From the sequence record MW749003.1: a stretch of 64,000 nt of DNA. One strand, written 5' to 3'. Below are positions 59,087 to 64,000 of the stretch, in pieces (within the stretch, counting starts at the first letter, position 1; every line of letters starts with the position of its first letter). The notes below the pieces were generated by a model. It did not search any database and was not told the origin of the DNA. It worked only from the letters and a program-made list of their open reading frames with translations. Made by a program: the position numbers and the translations under genes.

Positions 59087-59356
59087 TTATTCTGTTATAG
59101 ATTCATTCAATTTATCTTTATTATAAATAGTAATAATATTATTATCTATAGTATCAGATTCATCTGAAAATGAAAATTCACTTTTTATATATCTAATTAA
59201 ATCATCTTTATCTTTAAAATTTTCTTGAGTATAAGGATCAAATGGTTGGTAATAGAACTGTTGTCCACTAGGAATAAAGTAACCATCTGTAACCCATCTT
59301 CCATCTTTTTCTTGTCTGAGTATAAATTGCTTATCATGACTTTCCATAGTTGACAC
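59087..59356 (-). CDS. Hypothetical protein
   Basis: 89 aa, end of a late operon; terminator hairpin at ~59053-59083. Confidence 0.65.
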   Translation of the reverse strand: MSTMESHDKQFILRQEKDGRWVTDGYFIPSGQQFYYQPFDPYTQENFKDKDDLIRYIKSEFSFSDESDTIDNNIITIYNKDKLNESITE

Positions 59357-59358
59357 CC

Positions 59359-59958
59359 CTATACAGTTTTCGTTTCATCTTCACTAGAAACCTTCAAGTT
59401 AATCAATACTTCACTCTTATTTTTAAGAACTACTGTAATAACAAAATCACCAAGAACTAATGGAGTTCCTTTGATCATTTCACTATCAGTATCATAATAC
59501 AAACTTGAAGGCAATCCTTTAACCTGTTTAATAAGAGATACTTCACTTGTATTTAATTTTACGGTTAGTGAATGTCCTGAAACTGCATTAATTGAAAAGT
59601 CTTGTAGACCATTTACAGAAGGTTTTAGGTAAATAGTATAGTCCATTTTAACATCAATTGTTGACTTAAGTGAAGTTACATTAGTTAAAAATACTTTATC
59701 TTTTTTATTTTCTTTAACAATTAGATTGGAAAAACCACTTAATACAGGTTTATTAGAATTAAAATTACATAGAGTTGCCTGTGTTTTCCCTATAGAATCA
59801 CTAATATTTTTAACATAAAAAGTATTTGTTATTATATGATTATCAAGGTTATTTAAATCTGTAATTTTTCCATCTTTGACATTAAGTTCATTTTTCACCT
59901 TAAAACCATTTAAATAAGTTAATCTAGTTTTAACAATCACTTTACTTAACCCCTTCAT
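59359..59958 (-). CDS. Probable tail-associated protein with an Ig-like C-terminus
   Basis: GLPSSLYYDTDSEMIKGTP...GDFVITV resembles putative Ig (He_PIG) repeats. Confidence 0.5.
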   Translation of the reverse strand: MKGLSKVIVKTRLTYLNGFKVKNELNVKDGKITDLNNLDNHIITNTFYVKNISDSIGKTQATLCNFNSNKPVLSGFSNLIVKENKKDKVFLTNVTSLKSTIDVKMDYTIYLKPSVNGLQDFSINAVSGHSLTVKLNTSEVSLIKQVKGLPSSLYYDTDSEMIKGTPLVLGDFVITVVLKNKSEVLINLKVSSEDETKTV

Positions 59959-61891
59959 AAGAAGTATAAGTAGAAATGGCTCCTGAACCAGTTATTATAA
60001 TTGGTACTCTCGTAGGTGATGTTGAGCTTGTAGAAACATTATATGATTTATCTTGGCTATCTCTAAATATTGCATTTCCTTCAAGCATTAATTTAATTTC
60101 TGTTTCTTTTAATTGTCCTGTCATATCTCTTGCCTCGACTAGTATTGCACTTTCAATATTTTGATCCACATAGGTAATATCTGTATCTTCGAAACTAACT
60201 GAGACATCAACTGACAAGAAAGGACTAATCATTTCTAAATTAGCACCTTCTTTATTTCTTATAAACCAAACTCTTTCTAAATCATCAATACCTATTGATC
60301 TAATAGGATCAGTAATATTCTCTACTAATGAAAATCTCTTTGTAGTAGAATCAGCAGTATAAATCCAGAAACCGTTATTCTTAATAATTGTAATAAATTG
60401 ATCACCTAATGGAAAAATTGCTTTAACACCATCTAAATGAAAATCTTTGAATGGTAGAGAATCTTTTAAAGTTAAATTTAATTCGGTATCATCAAATTCT
60501 AAAAGATGAATTGGGAATTCTTTTGTTTTACTAGTATTTGCTAAGTAAGAAGCATTCTGAGAACCAGTTTTAGCATTTGAATATGATGCATTAGCATAAT
60601 AATAATTATCCCAATCACTATAGAAGATTTCATTTAAATGTGAAAATACATTTCCAATATATAAATACTTAGTATTATTAACAGTAATTGATCCAATTTG
60701 TATTGAAAATAAATTTAAACAATTATCTTGATAATTGTAAAGTGTTTTTAAATCCAAGCCAGTAACACTAAGATTTGTTACAGTTCCTATTTTTCCATTA
60801 GGAATATCTATAGGTAATTTACACAGAGAACTACTTGAACCAGTAGCATATTCCATTTGCAAATAATACAAACAACTTTCTTTAGTATCAAAATATGGTA
60901 TTTGTCTAGCAAATGTAGAATAACCAGTTGTTGCACCTGCATGAATATTTTTACTAAATAAAACTGTTTCAACTAATGTTGGTGAAATCATCTTAACTAT
61001 TAGTCTTGTTTTTGGTCCAGCCACTGTATATGTTGTACCATCTTCCTTGGTTACAGTTTCATTATTAAAAATATAACCTTGTGTTAAAATTATTAAACTG
61101 CCATTGGAAGTTTTACCTAATATATTTAAAATTTCTTCTCCACTTAGAGTATAACTTTTAGTTAGATTTAAATTTTTATCAAATAGGAGTATGCTATCAT
61201 TTAAGTTAACATCATTATAAGCTGTTGAGGTTGAAGCCAAAGAATACTGATTTAAAGCAGCAGCACTATAATAATTATTACTATACAATGAAGGTGATAA
61301 AAATTGATTACTGGCATATTTATTTAATTCAAGATATTCTTTTCCGAATAAACTAATTTTAGAATTTTCATCATTACGTCCAGTATTATTTATCCCAAAT
61401 CCTCCATAATTTATCTTATTCCTAACAACGATGAATGAACTTTCATCTAACTTAACTAACGAAGTTTTTCCCAATCCATTTGAAAATCTATAGGTATTTA
61501 AGATTTTTCCATATTTATATTGATAAATAGCGCAACCAGTATTTCCAGAACTTTCCGATACTCTAATTTCTGTACCATCATTGAATGAAATTGAATTCTG
61601 AAAGATTGTTTCATCTTTCCGATATGGTAATCTTCCTCCTACAAAAGCAGTTCTACCATCATAATTAATACTATGAGTTCTTGTTCTAGTATTAATATTA
61701 TTTGCATTATACATGGTAGAATAACTAAAGTATGGTGATCTTGCAACTTTCTCTTCTTGTAAAGAATTTTTATTATACGTCTTTCCATTAATTAAAATTG
61801 TATTACTCTCTTCCTGAAATAAAGGGAAAGAAGTAAAATTTTCTCTTGTAATTGAGAAATTTCCTTGACCAATTGAATAAATTACACTCAT
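59942..61891 (-). CDS. Probable tail fibre/baseplate-associated beta-rich protein
   Basis: 649 aa, S/T/N/Y-rich and beta-propeller-like, in a late operon. Confidence 0.45.
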   Translation of the reverse strand: MSVIYSIGQGNFSITRENFTSFPLFQEESNTILINGKTYNKNSLQEEKVARSPYFSYSTMYNANNINTRTRTHSINYDGRTAFVGGRLPYRKDETIFQNSISFNDGTEIRVSESSGNTGCAIYQYKYGKILNTYRFSNGLGKTSLVKLDESSFIVVRNKINYGGFGINNTGRNDENSKISLFGKEYLELNKYASNQFLSPSLYSNNYYSAAALNQYSLASTSTAYNDVNLNDSILLFDKNLNLTKSYTLSGEEILNILGKTSNGSLIILTQGYIFNNETVTKEDGTTYTVAGPKTRLIVKMISPTLVETVLFSKNIHAGATTGYSTFARQIPYFDTKESCLYYLQMEYATGSSSSLCKLPIDIPNGKIGTVTNLSVTGLDLKTLYNYQDNCLNLFSIQIGSITVNNTKYLYIGNVFSHLNEIFYSDWDNYYYANASYSNAKTGSQNASYLANTSKTKEFPIHLLEFDDTELNLTLKDSLPFKDFHLDGVKAIFPLGDQFITIIKNNGFWIYTADSTTKRFSLVENITDPIRSIGIDDLERVWFIRNKEGANLEMISPFLSVDVSVSFEDTDITYVDQNIESAILVEARDMTGQLKETEIKLMLEGNAIFRDSQDKSYNVSTSSTSPTRVPIIITGSGAISTYTSYEGVK

Positions 61892-61902
61892 AAATATCCT
61901 CC

Positions 61903-62295
61903 TTAGATACTTTTAATAGAATAAGTTAATGTACAGTTTCCTCCTATAGAAATGACAAGATCACTTCTTTGTGAAGAAAATGCCATTACTTTTCCTGCAT
62001 CTATATTTCCTTCATGTAATACCGAACCTAATGATGTAATCTTAAAAGGAATAGCTATAGAATTTTTGTTTTTAATATTAATACTACAGCTTATTACAGA
62101 TGTTCCCCCAATCGTATTTAATATATTAGACATATTAAATATTTCAGTTAAATTTGTTATATTAGTAAAATCTTTAGTCTCACTTTTTGAGTTTACTGAT
62201 AGGGAATTCTTTTGTAAGCTAAGAATATCTTCCTTAATAGTTTTACCAATGATACCTTTTATTTGATTCTGATTAATCAATAAGTTCACCTCCAC
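61903..62295 (-). CDS. Hypothetical late protein
   Basis: GGAGG RBS; late promoter at 62298-62309. Confidence 0.65.
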   Translation of the reverse strand: MEVNLLINQNQIKGIIGKTIKEDILSLQKNSLSVNSKSETKDFTNITNLTEIFNMSNILNTIGGTSVISCSINIKNKNSIAIPFKITSLGSVLHEGNIDAGKVMAFSSQRSDLVISIGGNCTLTYSIKSI

Positions 62296-62379
62296 TCTAA
62301 ATAATTGTTTTTAATTTAGTAAAAATATAAAAAATAAGCATACCCTTTTTTTAGAGGTATGCTTATCTTGTTTTTCCAA

Positions 62380-63552
62380 TTATTTGACTCTTAATTTTTG
62401 CCCTACATAGATTTTATTAACATCAGCTAATTTATTCCATGATTTAATTTGATCAATTGAAGAGCCAAATTTCTTAGCAATAGCTGATACATTATCTCCT
62501 GCTTTTACAGTATAATACTGTACAGATGAATTAGTGGAACTACCACTAGTAGGAATTTTAAGTGTTTGTCCTACAGAAATTTTATTTGGATCTTTAATTC
62601 CATTAGCTGATGCGATAGCATTAACTGTAGAGCCAAATTTCTTAGCAATAGCAGTTAAATTATCTCCTGCTTTTACTTTATAAGTTGTAGAAGAACTAGA
62701 TGTCTTAGTAGAACTTACTGATTTAGAATTACCGCTAAGTTTAAGAACTTGACCTACATAGATTTTATTTGGATCTTTAATTCCATTAATACTTTGAAGA
62801 GTAGAAACAGAAACTCCAAATTTACTAGCAATTTTGGAAAGAACATCACCTTTTTGCACTGTGTACGTACCAGAAGGTTTACTTTCTTTTTTAGGTGCTG
62901 ACACTGTAACTGGTTTTACAGCAGATTCTGTTTTAACAACTTTTTTAACTCCGCCAGTAAACCAAGTAAGTGATTTATCACCATTTAGTAAATTCATGTC
63001 AAGAGTACCGTTATACCATGATACTTTCCCATATTCGGTATATTGCCAGATGCAACAAGGGAAATCTGGTTTTTTATTAGCTGTACCATCATTACGACCA
63101 TAACGAGGAATCCATAAGAAGTCAGCATCAACTTTATTCAGTCCATAAGACATATAAAGATTGTGAGATACATAATAACCAGTCTTATAATCAGCTTTTC
63201 TACAAGTATCAATAAATGCTTGTGAGGCTTCTCTAAGATTAGCAGTTCCGCAAGATGCAACTGTATCATCCTCAACATCAAGAGCTAGAAATTTAGCATC
63301 TTTATCAATACGGCTTAGGAAATCATTTGCTTCAATAATAGCATCTTTAACTGATACATAGTGTCCATAAGCATAATGACCAAAAGGAATGCCGTATTTC
63401 TTACAATTAGCCACATGATTTTTGTATTCTCGGTCAATAGTCTTTGAACCATATTGAACACGAATAATCATAAGATCTACTTCTTTAGCCGCTCTTGCCC
63501 AATCAATTGCACTTGAAGGTTGGTGGTGAGAAATATCAATAATGTAACCCAT
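62380..63552 (-). CDS. Endolysin: GH25 muramidase with three LysM domains
   Basis: [13 protein letters not shown] and IWQYTEYG (GH25); three Y.V..GD.L..IA.KFG LysM repeats; late promoter at 63581-63592. Confidence 0.93.
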   Translation of the reverse strand: MGYIIDISHHQPSSAIDWARAAKEVDLMIIRVQYGSKTIDREYKNHVANCKKYGIPFGHYAYGHYVSVKDAIIEANDFLSRIDKDAKFLALDVEDDTVASCGTANLREASQAFIDTCRKADYKTGYYVSHNLYMSYGLNKVDADFLWIPRYGRNDGTANKKPDFPCCIWQYTEYGKVSWYNGTLDMNLLNGDKSLTWFTGGVKKVVKTESAVKPVTVSAPKKESKPSGTYTVQKGDVLSKIASKFGVSVSTLQSINGIKDPNKIYVGQVLKLSGNSKSVSSTKTSSSSTTYKVKAGDNLTAIAKKFGSTVNAIASANGIKDPNKISVGQTLKIPTSGSSTNSSVQYYTVKAGDNVSAIAKKFGSSIDQIKSWNKLADVNKIYVGQKLRVK

Positions 63553-63706
63553 ATATAAAAGTTCCTCCTTTAATTAAGATTAATAAAATGTTACTTTAAT
63601 AATGCGATAAAATAATATTAGACAGATATAGGTATATTATTAATATTTCTATCGTCTTCAAGCATCCAAGGCTTACCTTCATATAGACTATACTGCTAAA
63701 GAATTA

Positions 63707-64000
63707 TTAGGACATTATTACTACACGATATTGATTCAATGTAGGCGCTTGAGAGAAGCTAACAGTGATATTATTTTCATCTATTCTTACAATATCTGTA
63801 CTAATATTAGCGAATGTTTCATTATCGAATACTTGCACAATAACATCACGAGTATTAAAATTATGATTAACTGTAAAAGATGTAGCAGTTCCATCCCCAA
63901 TTGTTGATACAAATTTAGGATTTAAACTACCTACAATTTTTAGACCATCAGCATCTGTTGCTAAACGTGAATCATTTAATTTAACTTTTAAGCTACCATC
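63707..64000 (-). CDS. C-terminal end of a tail fibre/structural protein (5' part outside the window)
   Basis: Open frame GDGTATSFTVNHNFNTRDVIVQVFD...IDENNITVSFSQAP, a common phage tail-fibre C-terminal module. Confidence 0.6.
   Translation of the reverse strand, partial: DGSLKVKLNDSRLATDADGLKIVGSLNPKFVSTIGDGTATSFTVNHNFNTRDVIVQVFDNETFANISTDIVRIDENNITVSFSQAPTLNQYRVVIMS

Noticed and set aside
63655-63700. Short matches to group I intron motifs (14-nt CTATATGAAGGTAA; AGCATCCAAG on the other strand) upstream of the endolysin
   Set aside because: No P4/P7 core, the two matches are in opposite orientations, and a 14-mer hit is expected by chance given several kb of intron sequence.
1-64000. CRISPR array, inteins, reverse transcriptase, IS transposase, tRNA genes
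   Set aside because: None recognised by eye. The dispersed repeats are intron cores, and the 207-bp repeats are coding zinc-finger units.

Overview
AT-rich 64 kb segment of a jumbo myophage. It is most likely an AR9/PBS1-like Bacillus phage: 31421-33316 closely matches my recollection of AR9 gp154, and late genes carry AACA-N6-TA/G promoters. That group has uracil-substituted DNA and two multisubunit RNA polymerases (RNAPs). The window encodes terminase, tail sheath and tube, portal, a family-B DNA polymerase split into two genes, an SbcC/Rad50 ATPase, an SF2 helicase, a DHH phosphoesterase, several RNAP subunits, a GH25-LysM endolysin and an early-gene block of small hypotheticals. The ORF track misses the main feature: three essential genes are broken by 11 self-splicing introns, which I reconstructed by hand into open frames. 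Terminase has 4 group I introns. The virion-type RNAP beta gene has 5 group I introns and an 11-nt exon. The virion-type RNAP beta' N-terminal gene has one ORF-less group II intron plus one group I intron inside the catalytic DYD|GD motif. Eight of the ten group I introns are ORF-less members of one closely related family. Three Zn-finger-array/Vsr-like homing endonucleases are present; two carry a Mom-like GNAT domain and one is free-standing. A ~450-nt structured RNA candidate with a small ORF lies at 21460-21917. All assignments come from motif reading and memory, with no searches run. Introns have been reported in AR9, so novelty must be checked against that genome.
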